Shown: positions 22,959 to 33,583 of the stretch, piece by piece
Layout of the letters: each line of letters opens with the position of its first letter
Position numbering within the stretch: the first letter of the stretch is position 1
The notes under the pieces: generated by a model
Told to the model about the DNA's origin: nothing
The model's database searches: none
What the model saw: only the letters and a program-made list of their open reading frames with translations
Source: an uncultured Actinomycetes bacterium
GTDB lineage: Bacteria; Actinomycetota; Acidimicrobiia; IMCC26256; DASPTH01
NCBI GenBank assembly: GCA_963756895.1
Contig: CAVWPI010000007.1
Coordinates: 281,230 to 345,229 of the forward strand
DNA: 64,000 nucleotides
Reading direction: 5' to 3'
Translations under genes and position numbers: made by a program

Positions 22959-23641
22959 TCATGAGAGGGGCCGGACCGATTCGATGAGTCGGGCGAGTCC
23001 ATACTCGAACTGTTCGCTCGAGGCAGCGGTCGTGAGCTCGTCGCGCAGCGCATGCATCGTTGGGTATGCGTCGATGTCGAGCCGGTCGATCGCGGAGTTC
23101 CACGAATCGACGTACGACGCCTCCGGTTGGTCGTGAACGCGTGGGAGCTCCCAGATGATGAATCCGAACACGTACGTGAACAGCGCATAGAAGGTGCGGA
23201 CCGCACCCATCTTGGAGAACCCGGCGCGAACGAGGATGTGGTGCGCCTGTTCGAGCTGTAGAAAGACCGGTCCGACCGTGAGACCGCGCTCGGCGAGTAT
23301 CCGAGCGAGTGCGGGATGTGCGAGCGCGGTGGTTCTCAGAGCTCGGAGGTAGCCGACGACGCGGCCTTCCCAGTCGTCGTCCTTCCCGTCAGGGACTTGA
23401 ACATCGCCGATGATGTGTTCGGCGACGGCGTTGATCAGATCGTTCTTGTCCTCGACGTGACGGTAGAGCGACATGGTCCCCACGCCGAGGTGTCTGGCGA
23501 GCTCGCGGCATGGTGACTGCGTCGAGGCCGTCCGCATCCATGAGGGCCAGCGCGCCCTCGATGACGCGGCCGCGGGACAACGTGTTCCGCGGGAACGCGC
23601 TTCGTGGCCCTCGTTGCGCCGTCGCTCTTCTTCGTTGGCAT
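22959..23641 (-). CDS. TetR-family regulator; frameshifts in the N-terminus
   Basis: LSRGRVIEGALAL, LARHLGVGTMSLYRHV, FEYGL across frames. Confidence 0.85.
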
Positions 23642-23660
23642 CGCAGCTCGAGATCCTCCC

Positions 23661-23702
23661 TTGCGTATCTCGTACGCTAGTGGTAGCGTATCACATACGC
23701 AA
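23661..23702. promoter_or_regulatory. Probable TetR operator in a divergent promoter
   Basis: Nested inverted repeats TTGCGTAT/ATACGCAA and TACGCTA/TAGCGTA. Confidence 0.65.
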
Positions 23703-23719
23703 GCTGGAGGAGGACTCTC

Positions 23720-24596
23720 ATGGCCAGCCGCATCACGCGTGTCTCGCGCTTCAGCACCGGAACTGTCGACATCCACCCGCAACACGCGTACCGGGGTCAG
23801 TCGCCGATGTACTGGTGGATTCTCACCTCACGACGTTGGCTCGAAGGCCGACCGATCAACGTCTACGTCATCGAACACGCGGACGGCGTGGTCGTGTTCG
23901 ACACAGGACAGGACCGAGCCTCGGTCACAGACCCGTCGTACTTTCCCGACGGGGTGAACGGCGTGATCTATCGCCGCCTCGCCCGTTTCCACGTCAACCA
24001 GGACGAGACCTTCACCGCCGGGCTCGAGCGTTTGGGCTACCGCACCACCGACATCACCCATGCGGTCGTCAGCCATCTCCACCAAGACCACATCGGCGGC
24101 ATCGGTGAGATACCTGGCGCCGAGCTGTTGATCTCCGACGACGAGTGGCGATCTCTGCATCGGCCGATGGCGGAGGCTCGTGGTCTGCTGCGCGCCCACA
24201 TCAACCTGCCCGACGCGAAGGTGGACGCCCATCACCTACGAACCTGTCGACGACCCAGCGCTGCGGCCGTTCGTCGCCGGCCGCGACGTGTTCGGGGACG
24301 GCTCACTCATGCTTCTCCCAACGCCTGGACACACGCCGGGTTCGATGTCGCTGTTCGTGCGCATGAATGAAGGACCTCCACTGCTCCTTGTCGGAGACCT
24401 CACCTACGACGTTCACGCACTCGAATGCGGCGCCTCGAGCGGCGTCGGTAACAAGCGCGCGTTGCGCGAGACGCGCACCAAAGTGATGGCGCTCCGGGCG
24501 ACCCATCCTGCGATGCCGATCCTTGCCGCTCACGATCCCACTGCCGCAGGGCTCCTCGATGCGGCGACACGCGGACGAGAAGCCGCTGGAGGCTGA
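23720..24596 (+). CDS. Metallo-beta-lactamase-fold hydrolase (AHL-lactonase family); frameshift near 24220
   Basis: FDTG, SHLHQDHIGG, TPGHTPG, GD, AHD; RBS GGAGGAGG. Confidence 0.88.
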
Positions 24597-24691
24597 CCGA
24601 CATACCGCCTGATCGGTGCGCGTGGTTCTGTACGCGAAGCCCGACCCTGCGTCCACGCATCTCGACCGATCTGGCGTTCGTGTCGATCAGC

Positions 24692-25456
24692 TCAGCCGTG
24701 CGCGGCGAGCACGCCGCGGACCTCGGCGAGGAGCGTCATCACATCGGCGCTGGCGATCGACGGTCGGGCGTGGGTGGTGCGACGTTGCAGCGCGAGCTGG
24801 GGGGCAACCAGATCGGGAGCGCGCGCGATGACCCAGCGCGCTGCCTCAGACTTGGAGCAATGACCGCCCTCGACCGCTCGATACCAGAGGCGGCAGGCGG
24901 TGAAGATCATCAGCTCGGCGTGTTGCTCGTCGTACCCGATCTCCTGCCATCGCTCCAGGCATCGGTCGCCCACGTCGAGCAGCCAGTCGTCGGGGACCGT
25001 GCCGATCAGGCTCGTGGGCGCGGGACCGACCAGGGAGACTCCTACGTCGCGGCAGATCGCGTACTCGAAGAGAAGGTCCGGTTCGCCGGTCGGTGTGTGC
25101 TCGATCTCGACGCCCTCGGGGAGGTCCGGGTGAATCCCGACGTAGAAGTCGAGCGTCGGTGTGCGCGACGGGCGCAACGCCTGTTCCGAGGTCACGACCC
25201 GATAATCCACCCAGGCACGCCGCGGTTGGGCGAGCTCGGTGACCGCGTCAGCGAGGCTGCGTCGCTGCTCGTCGGTCAATGAGATGCGGACGATCAGGAG
25301 GAGGTCGACGTCGCTCCGGTCTGCCACGAAGTCGGCTGCGACGAGGGAGCCGTGCAGGATCACCGCGACGAGATTCGAGCCGATCACACGCTGCGACTCG
25401 TGCGACAACGCGTCGGCAGTGTGGCGTGCTGATCTCGCAGCATCGTGCCGAGCCAT
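24692..25456 (-). CDS. Nucleotidyltransferase, aminoglycoside adenylyltransferase-like (DUF4111)
   Basis: LHGSL...SDVDLL; C-terminal TACRLW...SKSEAARW. Confidence 0.75.
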   Translation of the reverse strand: MARHDAARSARHTADALSHESQRVIGSNLVAVILHGSLVAADFVADRSDVDLLLIVRISLTDEQRRSLADAVTELAQPRRAWVDYRVVTSEQALRPSRTPTLDFYVGIHPDLPEGVEIEHTPTGEPDLLFEYAICRDVGVSLVGPAPTSLIGTVPDDWLLDVGDRCLERWQEIGYDEQHAELMIFTACRLWYRAVEGGHCSKSEAARWVIARAPDLVAPQLALQRRTTHARPSIASADVMTLLAEVRGVLAAHG

Positions 25457-25553
25457 GAAGGCGCCATCTTGCAACGTCTCGACCGAAGCCACCGCTCGGT
25501 CTCTGCACGCACGACGCTCGCCCGGCCGAAACGCCACCACTACGCTCCCGACC

Positions 25554-26012
25554 GTGGCCCCGAAGCTCCGCATCGACGCCACGCTGGAACCGCGAGGCCC
25601 GGCGGCCGCGATCGTGCTCGATGATGCGCAAGTCGCATCACTCGGCTGCGACAAGAAGACCTTCCCGGTGACGGTCTCGGTCAACGGCACCACGGTCTCG
25701 CTGCGACTTGCACGAATGGGCGGCGAGTCCCTCATCGGGTTCTCGAAGGCAGCTCGCGCGGATGCCGGCGTCGAGATCGGCGGGACCTACCGGGTCGTGA
25801 TCGAACTCGAAGCCGGCGAGCGCCGAGTCCACGTCCCGAACGACCTCGCGACCGCGTTGACTGCGGGGCGCGTCGACAAGCAGTTCGCGGAGCTTGCGTA
25901 TTCACATCGCAAGGAATACGTGCGTTGGATCACCGAAGCGAAGAAGCCAGAGACGAGAGCTCGTCGCATCACGCAGACGGTCGAGATGGTCCAGGCAGGC
26001 AAGACACGCTGA
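25554..26012 (+). CDS. DUF1905 + YdeI/OmpD-associated protein
   Basis: VPNDLATAL...LAYSHRKEYVRWITEAKKPETRARRI. Confidence 0.85.
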   Translation: MAPKLRIDATLEPRGPAAAIVLDDAQVASLGCDKKTFPVTVSVNGTTVSLRLARMGGESLIGFSKAARADAGVEIGGTYRVVIELEAGERRVHVPNDLATALTAGRVDKQFAELAYSHRKEYVRWITEAKKPETRARRITQTVEMVQAGKTR

Positions 26013-26048
26013 GACCGTGCAGTTCCGGCGCGGTCCGACAGGCGGCGA

Positions 26049-27222
26049 TCAGGGAAGCGGAGCCCCGAAGTGGACCGCAAGAAGGCCCGAAGCGGCCGCG
26101 GCCAGCAGGGTGGCTACGACGCCGAGTCGGAAGGCGAAGAGGAGCACCCCTGCCGCAACGAGTATCGCGAACTGCCATCTCTGGTGGAGTGCGAACGCGA
26201 GTGGGAGAGCCACGCCGATGATTGCTCCGATAGCTGCGGGTCCGGCGCCGTCAAGGAAGGCTCGGACATCTACGTTCTGTCGGATCTGGTCGAAGTGTCG
26301 AGCACCGAAGACTACGAAGAGGAACGAGGGCGAGAACGCGACGAAGGCGGCGAGTAGCCCGCCCGTGACGCCTGCGGCGGCGTAGCCGACTGCCGCCACG
26401 GTTTGCACGACCGGGCCGGGTGTGACCTGGCCAAGCGCGACGGCGCTCAGGAACTGGCTGTTGGTCATCCAGTGGTAGTGGTCTACGGCGTCGTTCTGCA
26501 TCAGAGGAACAATCACGAATCCGCCGCCGTACGACAGCGCACCGACCTTGAGCGCGACCCAAGCGAGTGCGAAGAGACCACCGGTCGCGGGCATGACTGC
26601 CGCGAGCGCAACTGGAACCAGATGCATTCCGAGGTGCGGATCGCGTCGGAGGCGTCGCCAGCCCATCTCGGCAAAGCCGCATCCGAGGAGCACGAGCACG
26701 AACCAGGGACCGACGCTCGCAGCGGCCGAGCCGCCGACTGTGGCGTACGCGATCCATCGCCAGTGCGGCTCCGAGAACCGATGCCAACTCGCGGGGAGCA
26801 GTCCGACCCCCGCGCTGACGGCGACTGCGGCGACAGCCGCTCCAGCGCCCGCGGCTGCTGCGAGTACCGACGTCGGCGGTGCGGCCGCGAGGAACACGCT
26901 GGCGAGACCGAGGATGATCGCGAGTCCGGGAACGATGAACGCGATGCCCCCGACCAATGCGCCGCCGACTCCCGCGACGCGCCACGCACAATAGATCGCA
27001 AGTTGCGTCGATGCCGGGCCGGGCAGCACGTTGCACGCGGCGATCCCGTCCTCGAACTCCCTCGCCGTCATCCACCCGCGCTCGCTCCACGCACAAGTCG
27101 CGCAGGAGTGAGATGTGGGTGGGTGGACCACCGAACCCGATGCATCCCAGACGGCCCCACTGTCGGGCGACCGTCGACAACGACGGACGCTCGGGTGCGC
27201 CGCCCGTTCGTCCCCGCGCCAC
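26049..27222 (-). CDS. chrA: Chromate efflux transporter; frameshifts near 27100
   Basis: IGFGGPPTHI, LPGPASTQ, SYGGGF, GQVTPGP. Confidence 0.88.
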
Positions 27223-27240
27223 GGTGCTCCCCCGGTCGGG

Positions 27241-27426
27241 TCAGCGGACCACGGGCTGGTAGAGCTCCACGAAATTGCCCGAAGGATCCTGGAGGAGCAC
27301 CTGCTTCCCGCCCGGGCCCTGCACGATGTCGTTGCGGAACGTGGCGCCTGCATCGCGAAGCTGAGCTCTCTCGGCGTCGACATCGTCGACCATGTAGCGA
27401 ACGTTGACCGTCTCATCGTGCGGCAT
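27241..27426 (-). pseudogene. VOC protein with an apparent internal in-frame deletion
   Basis: VRYMVDDVDA joined directly to ERAQLRDAGATFRNDIV...DPSGNFVEL; only 61 aa. Confidence 0.6.
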
Positions 27427-28228
27427 TCGTTGGCCTCCTGTTCCGTGTGTCCTCGATCTGACGCAACAGAAACCCGACCCGCCATTCGAGATCTGTTGCC
27501 AGACGCTCGAAGGCCGGCAACGTGGCCCGATTGTTCTGCCCTTCGAGCGCGGGATCGGCAATGCTCCAGTGCACGAGGTCGGGACGCGACGGGAAGTCGG
27601 GGCACACTTCTCTGATCCGGTCGCACAGTGTGACCACCACGTCGAAGCGCTTCGCAGCGAATACGTCCAAGTGTTTGGTGCGGTTACCGCTGATATCGAT
27701 TCCGCGCCGCTTCATCACCCGGACTGCGTTGGGATGAAGTGCCTTCGGATTGCTCCCGGCCGACACGGCGGCAACCGCACCGTCCGCCATCGAGTTGAGT
27801 AGCGCCTCAGCGATCTGCGAACGCGCGCTGTTCCCGGTGCACAAGAACAAGACGCGTGGCCTCCTGCGCCGGGTGCTCCTGTCATCGGAGGTTGGGGTTG
27901 GCACTGCGAGCCGGAGCCCGGGGTGCAATGCCCCGCCCGTCGCTTGGAGCTGCTCCCGGCAACGAATGAGATCGACGGCGTAGTAGCTGTCCCGGCGATC
28001 CGCGGAGCTGCGACGCATGCGGACAAGTCCACCCGCTCGCAGTCGACTCAGGTGGTACGACACCAAGCTCTGCCGCTCGATGAGCAATTCCGTCAACTCG
28101 CGAACGGTGCGGTCGCTACGAACGAGCTCGCGCAACAATCGCCACCGCAGAGGGTTTGCCAGCAGACGCACGAATCCCGGCGGACCCACCGGAGTCGGGT
28201 CCAACACCACAGACGACACGCAGAGCAA
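27413..28228 (-). CDS. ArsR regulator fused to LMW arsenate reductase (ArsC)
   Basis: LANPLRWRLL...SLVSYHL wHTH, then LFLCTGNSARSQ, VTLCD, HWSIADP. Confidence 0.88.
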   Translation of the reverse strand: MLCVSSVVLDPTPVGPPGFVRLLANPLRWRLLRELVRSDRTVRELTELLIERQSLVSYHLSRLRAGGLVRMRRSSADRRDSYYAVDLIRCREQLQATGGALHPGLRLAVPTPTSDDRSTRRRRPRVLFLCTGNSARSQIAEALLNSMADGAVAAVSAGSNPKALHPNAVRVMKRRGIDISGNRTKHLDVFAAKRFDVVVTLCDRIREVCPDFPSRPDLVHWSIADPALEGQNNRATLPAFERLATDLEWRVGFLLRQIEDTRNRRPTNAAR

Positions 28229-28251
28229 CGTAGCCGAGAATGCTTCAGTGG

Positions 28252-28267
28252 ATCAATCTAGATTGAT
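28252..28267. promoter_or_regulatory. Probable ArsR operator
   Basis: Perfect 16-bp palindrome ATCAATCTAGATTGAT just upstream of arsR-arsC. Confidence 0.65.
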
Positions 28268-28426
28268 GTACTTCGAGTGTTCACCGATTCGTTCGCGCCG
28301 GCCATGAAGCCGACCATTCCAAGGATCAGGCACGCATGGATGATGCGCGAACAGCGCCGAGGCAACTGCGGCACGTCGGGCTCGGAGTCGCGGCGGTACT
28401 GCGGCAGATCTGGCGCGTCTGCCGGA

Positions 28427-29137
28427 TCAGCTTGGGGCAGGATCGAGTCGTGCTTTCTTTCGCATCCTGCGCGCGAGGCGATGGAGGTTCGCGATCTCGG
28501 CGGGAGTCATGTGCCGATCGAGTGTCTTGAGGTCGGCTGCGACCGCGATCCGTTCCGCGAAGCTGTTGTCCTGGTAGCGACGGGCGAACAGTCGAGCCAG
28601 GCTCTCCCGAGCGGGCTGCGCGGCGATCCGCAGGACCCATGGTCCGGGCATCTGCGGGCAAGTCAACAGCACGTAGGTGAGCGCAACATCGCTCAGTGCA
28701 TCGCCGCGCGCGGCGTTCGACCAGTCGATCACTACCGGGCCGCGGCTCGAGAGGATGACATTGAGTGGATGGAGATCCAGGTGCACGAGCCGGTCGCCTC
28801 CATCAAGAGACTCGCCGAGCCAATCAGGCGCAGGGATCTCGTGAAGTTGGTCGTGGAGATCGGCGAGCAGCGATGCGTAGCGTGCGATGGACCACGGTCG
28901 CTTCGCCATCGGTCCCATCATCAAGGGACCATCGATGCGCTCCATGATGATCTCGGAACCGTTGGCGCGTACGTCGTGCACCTCCGGGACCGGATAGCCC
29001 TGCTCGGCCGCGTAACGCATGACGCGAGCCTCGTGCTCGATACTGCGCCCGTCGCGAGTCTTTCGAAGCACCAGCCCGTCGCCGAACTCGAAGACATCGC
29101 CATCGCGCCCACTCGCGATCAAAGCACCCTGCTCCAT
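28427..29137 (-). CDS. APH-family phosphotransferase
   Basis: ASGRDGDVF, HLDLHPLN, VIDW. Confidence 0.85.
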   Translation of the reverse strand: MEQGALIASGRDGDVFEFGDGLVLRKTRDGRSIEHEARVMRYAAEQGYPVPEVHDVRANGSEIIMERIDGPLMMGPMAKRPWSIARYASLLADLHDQLHEIPAPDWLGESLDGGDRLVHLDLHPLNVILSSRGPVVIDWSNAARGDALSDVALTYVLLTCPQMPGPWVLRIAAQPARESLARLFARRYQDNSFAERIAVAADLKTLDRHMTPAEIANLHRLARRMRKKARLDPAPS

Positions 29138-29369
29138 CGTCCGCCGTTCTACACCGCGACCACGAACACGCCAACGGGGGTTCCCGCGAACTCATCGACC
29201 GAACGCCCGAGTCCTGCACGACGTCCACGGACCTGTAGGGCACGCAGTTAGATACTCACGATCCGCGAGGTCCAGCCCTCCTGTGGCGCACAGGGACGAC
29301 AGTGGTGATCAGGGCCAGAGCCCGGTACCGTCGAAGCGCGTCCGGCCGACGAACCGATGGGGAGCCACC

Positions 29370-30326
29370 ATGTACAACATCCGGTCCACCACACCGATGA
29401 CGTCGATCGACGGTCACGTCGACATCGACTTCACCGACCGGAAGGGCTGGACCGAGAACATGGGCGCGACGATCCTGCCGATCATGATCGGCGACGATCG
29501 CTGCGGCCCGTTCGTCGCGCTCAGCTACGTCGAGCCGACCGACGAGCAGATGCCGCTGTCGTTCGCGCATGCCCACGCGAGCGACAACTGGCGCATCTCG
29601 GTGCGGGGCACCACCAACATGGGCCGTGACGCCTACGAGCAGGGTCAGTTCCGGTTCCACGACGGCGGGGTGCCGTACGCGAGCGACAACTTCGCCTGGG
29701 GCCCCGACGGCGGTTACGGCATCATCATGTTCGCCGACCGGCGCGGCTTCGCCATCCGACCGGTGAAGGCCGAGCTCGCCGAGCAGATGATGCCGGCACA
29801 GGAAGTCGCCGGGAGAGCCATGGGCATCGACGTGCAGGATCCGTGCCCGGGTGCACCCGCGATCATCACGACGCTCGGCCCAACGGAGCGGGCGCACCTC
29901 GACGGCGGCTTCGACACTTCCGAGCAGTGGGACGAGATCGCGCCCGGTGTCCGCATGGCTGCCGGCCTCGCCGGCGAACCGACGTGCGGTCCGGTGCTCG
30001 TGTTCGTCGACTGCGCGGCCGCCACCGAGGTGGTCCCCGTGCACGCGATCGGTTCGGAGGCGATCATCGCGCCGGTGTCAGGATCGATCGACGTCGCGGG
30101 CGTCACGATGAGCCAGGGCGACGTGCGCGTGGAGGAAGCCGACGTTGACCATCCCGCGCTCGTCGCCGGTCCCGACGGCGCGCAGGTCGTGATCATCTTC
30201 GCCGATCGGCGCGAGCTGCGATCGGCACTCGACGACGGGAGGATGGCCGGCGCGCTCGGCGCCGCGCTGTCGCCGGTGCTCGAGGACCTCCAGCGCCAGC
30301 TCACCCTCGCGGACCCCGCGTCGTGA
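29370..30326 (+). CDS. Hypothetical protein, probable tandem cupin-like domains
   Basis: HAHASD motif; repeated module (GPDGGYGIIMFADRR / GPDGAQVVIIFADRR); strong GC3 bias. Confidence 0.65.
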   Translation: MYNIRSTTPMTSIDGHVDIDFTDRKGWTENMGATILPIMIGDDRCGPFVALSYVEPTDEQMPLSFAHAHASDNWRISVRGTTNMGRDAYEQGQFRFHDGGVPYASDNFAWGPDGGYGIIMFADRRGFAIRPVKAELAEQMMPAQEVAGRAMGIDVQDPCPGAPAIITTLGPTERAHLDGGFDTSEQWDEIAPGVRMAAGLAGEPTCGPVLVFVDCAAATEVVPVHAIGSEAIIAPVSGSIDVAGVTMSQGDVRVEEADVDHPALVAGPDGAQVVIIFADRRELRSALDDGRMAGALGAALSPVLEDLQRQLTLADPAS

Positions 30327-30431
30327 CTTCGGAGTAGCCCGGCCCGACAATGGCGAGCTCATCGTGCGATCTCGCGATCGGCCAGTCGCGGCGGATCGCC
30401 CGCAACGAGGAGTGAGGGACAGTCATCCGCT

Positions 30432-31007
30432 TCATGCCGGCGAGGTTGGCGGATCGAGTCCGAACCCGGTTGCAGGTTCGCCGGCTCGCACGCGCAACCA
30501 GTCTCGGAGCCGCTCCGCATGTCTCGCAGCGAGATCGGCAACACGCGGTAGGTCGTCCGCCGAGAACCACCGAGCTTCGGACACTTCTCCAGAGTCCAAC
30601 TCGAACTCTCCGTCGACCTCACCGCAGAAGGTGACGACCTCAACGACCTCATCGAGCCGTGGGTCCATGTAGAAGCCCAAGAGCCCAGTGAGCCGCACGA
30701 CGACACCCAACTCTTCGCCGATCTCGCGTCGCGCCGCGTCGGCAAGATGTTCGCCCACCTCGACGAACCCGCCGGGCAACTCCCACAATCCGCGCCACGG
30801 CTCCTGTGCTCGCCTCACGAGCAAGACGCGGTCGTCGTCCACGATCAGCACCTCCGCACCGAGCGCGTTCCGGACCAGCTTCCACCGCGGGCCGCAGCGC
30901 GGACACGTCGGAACGCCGTCGACGGTCGGGGCTCGACCGCCGCACTCGTAACAGAACCAGCGCTGCTCAGGGCCTGTACCCACGCGTTCCACCACGCCGT
31001 TGATCAT
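30432..31007 (-). CDS. NUDIX hydrolase with N-terminal zinc ribbon
   Basis: CYECG...CPRCG; PGGFVEVGE...AARREIGEELG. Confidence 0.88.
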   Translation of the reverse strand: MINGVVERVGTGPEQRWFCYECGGRAPTVDGVPTCPRCGPRWKLVRNALGAEVLIVDDDRVLLVRRAQEPWRGLWELPGGFVEVGEHLADAARREIGEELGVVVRLTGLLGFYMDPRLDEVVEVVTFCGEVDGEFELDSGEVSEARWFSADDLPRVADLAARHAERLRDWLRVRAGEPATGFGLDPPTSPA

Positions 31008-31064
31008 GGCCCGTCGAGTACCAGCGCGGTAGCTACGCGTCCGCGATCGACGCATCCGACGACT

Positions 31065-31853
31065 TCAGGCGTCTGCGTCCCTTCCGTCGCTCAGCAAGCC
31101 CCGCCCCATGCTCAGACTGCAGTGGCGGACGTCGAACTCGTCAGTGGTCTCGGCACCCTTCGTCACCGTGAGCCAACCAGGTGGTCGGAGCTCCATCGAC
31201 TCGATGACATCGGTGTACACGGAAGCGAGCACGATCTCGAACAGCAGCCGCGTGAGCGGCACGACGTGCTCGAGCTCGGGACGCTTGGCGATCTCCTCTT
31301 GGATCCGGTTCGCGACCACGGGATTGCGAGCCGCCTCTCGCTCCAGGCTCAGGTCGACGCCCCAGTCTTCGATGACGTAGACGCCTCCGGGCCGCAGCAG
31401 CGGGAACAGCACGTTGAACGACGAGCGCGTCGGATCGAGGAGGTGCGACGCGTCGTCGATCACGAGATCCAGCGGCTCGCCGCCGAACTCGTCCGCGACG
31501 ATCCTGCGAAGTGTCGCCGCGTCCCCCTGGTCGACGCCGTAGTACGCGTGGACCACGTCGTCGTGCGCCTGTCGCCAGTCTTCGAACCGTGCGCTGCCCT
31601 TCGGTTGGTAATCGATCGCCACGTGCCGGTCGGGCTCGGCCAGGAGCGCGAGGAAGGCCACGCTGCCACCGTGGAAGATCCCGAGCTCGAACATCCGTTT
31701 CGGCTTCACGTCGTCGATCAGCGCGGCATACCGCTCCACCATCCAGCGTGGCTTCATGAGCAGGAGCTCATTGGAATCAGGCTGCGTGTCTGTCCCGAAG
31801 CCCACCCGGAACCGCGTCCCCGCGAGCGTCAGCCCTCTGTCGTTCCACTCCAT
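31065..31853 (-). CDS. Class I SAM methyltransferase (Methyltransf_24/CmcI-like)
   Basis: ELGIFHGGS, DLVIDDASH, LRPGGVYVIEDW. Confidence 0.85.
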   Translation of the reverse strand: MEWNDRGLTLAGTRFRVGFGTDTQPDSNELLLMKPRWMVERYAALIDDVKPKRMFELGIFHGGSVAFLALLAEPDRHVAIDYQPKGSARFEDWRQAHDDVVHAYYGVDQGDAATLRRIVADEFGGEPLDLVIDDASHLLDPTRSSFNVLFPLLRPGGVYVIEDWGVDLSLEREAARNPVVANRIQEEIAKRPELEHVVPLTRLLFEIVLASVYTDVIESMELRPPGWLTVTKGAETTDEFDVRHCSLSMGRGLLSDGRDADA

Positions 31854-32011
31854 GCCGTTGCCTTTGCCTCCGAGCAGCGGCCCACGTCGATCACGCGCGC
31901 CCGAACACCTGCGACGACGTCACGCTCCGTCACAGATGCGGCCCGCCCGCGTGGGATTCGCCCAAGCGTAGGCCGCGTCGCTCGACCCGAAAATCGACAG
32001 TCGTGCGGAGA

Positions 32012-32865
32012 TCAGCCCACCGTCACCGGATCGCCTGCGCGTATGTCTCTTTCGCCAACCACATCCGCATACACGCCGACGCACGGATAGTGGACACCAC
32101 CACCGAGGTGGACGGAGTTGTGCCGTGCGATGGTACGCAGCACGTCTCGGTCTGCAGGAATATCGCCCTGCGCGAGCGTCGTCATGACGCAGCGCGCCAC
32201 GGTCATGGTCACCGCCAACCGGGCGTCGCCGATTGCGATCGTCTTGCCTTGCCAGGCCGTCTCCAGGAATCCCTCATCACAGGTGTCGATCACGACATTC
32301 GGACGGAACCGATGAGGGTCGAAGCGACTGTTGGGGGCGAGCTCGCCGAGGCGACGAGTGGTGCTGGTCGTGACGAGGTGGATGGCTCCGTAGTTGAAGA
32401 AGTGACCTCCGGGGCCCATGGTCTGACCGGCGTCGACAGCTCTTCGCCATCCACCATTCGCGACTCGGCGACCGGGGGGTCGATGCCGTTCTTGAGTTCT
32501 CGCACCCATGACTCATCGAACGTCGCGTCGACCGGCGGAGACGACGCAACCGAAACGGTTCGTCCGAAGAACTCGCTGAGCTCACGCGGTAGATCAGGAT
32601 CCTCGATCGACAGCGACCGCCCGTCGGGGAACACGACGTTGACGCCCGCTGGCTCCGTCGTGGCGTGCAGCTCGAAGATGCGGCCCCAACGTCTTGGGTA
32701 CTTCACGCTGACGACCTTGCCGGTCTCGTCATCGATCAACGCATATGCACGGTCACCGACGACCCCGCGCACGGCCACCGATGCGACGTCGAGCTCCTCG
32801 CCCAGCATCGACTTCACCGGATACCGAGCGATCGATTGCACAGTCCCGACCACGACGGCGCTCAC
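32012..32865 (-). CDS. MOSC-domain protein; frameshift near 32430
   Basis: RYPVKSMLGE, GDRAYA, RFRPNVV, RCVMTT. Confidence 0.88.
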
Positions 32866-32936
32866 ACGTTCATACTCCCTGCCCGGTCAAGGCAATGCAG
32901 TGGTCATGGGGTACTACCACTGTGTTCGCGAGAGCA

Positions 32937-33535
32937 TCATGTCGCGCGGGTAGCGATTCCTTCGCCGAGGTAGACGAGGGTGTCGGCGAGCAACTCGGTG
33001 GGCGCGGTCTCGGGGTCGAGACGGTGGAGGCCGGCCAATCCGTCGACAACAGCGATGATCATCGTTGCGAAGTCCGCGGCGGGATCGGGAGAGAGAACTC
33101 GGCACGCGCGCATTCCCGTTCGATGATCGCGGTGACGCGCTCTTGAACGTCGTGGAGTCGCTGTCGCATTCGGACAGCGTGTTCTGGATCTCGGAGCGCG
33201 TGCGGGCGAACTCCGCGACCGCAACTTCGAGTGGTGACTGAGTGGCGAAGGTCTCGTCGAACCAGGCGGCGAGCGTCGTGGAGACCGTGTGCGGTGGGGT
33301 CGGCATCGAGCTTCCGGTCGAGCGCGTCCAGGTTGGAGCGGCTCTCGGAGTCGAGCAACGTCAGGAGGAGGTCGGCTTTGTCGCGGAAGTTGGCGTAGAA
33401 CGCGCCCCGGGTGAATCCTGCGGTCGCGGCGATGTCTTCGACGGTGGCGGCGTGGAAGCCGCGATGCGCGAACACCGACGCTCCGGCCTCGAGGAGCGCC
33501 GAGCGCGTCCGGGCCTTGGTCTCGGTGCGATTCAT
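32937..33535 (-). CDS. TetR-family regulator; frameshifts
   Basis: GFHAATVEDIAATAGFTRGAFYANFRDK. Confidence 0.85.
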
Positions 33536-33548
33536 TCGGCGTGCGGGA

Positions 33549-33583
33549 TTGACATTCATGACGTATCCAGATACATAGTGTAT
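33549..33583 (+). promoter_or_regulatory. Probable promoter with TetR operator ahead of a leaderless start
   Basis: TTGACA at 33549; palindrome ATACA-TAG-TGTAT ends right at the ATG (33584); no RBS. Confidence 0.55.

Noticed and set aside
24692-29137. Confirmed aminoglycoside resistance genes
   Set aside because: Only family-level ANT/APH motifs are visible; the substrate cannot be inferred.
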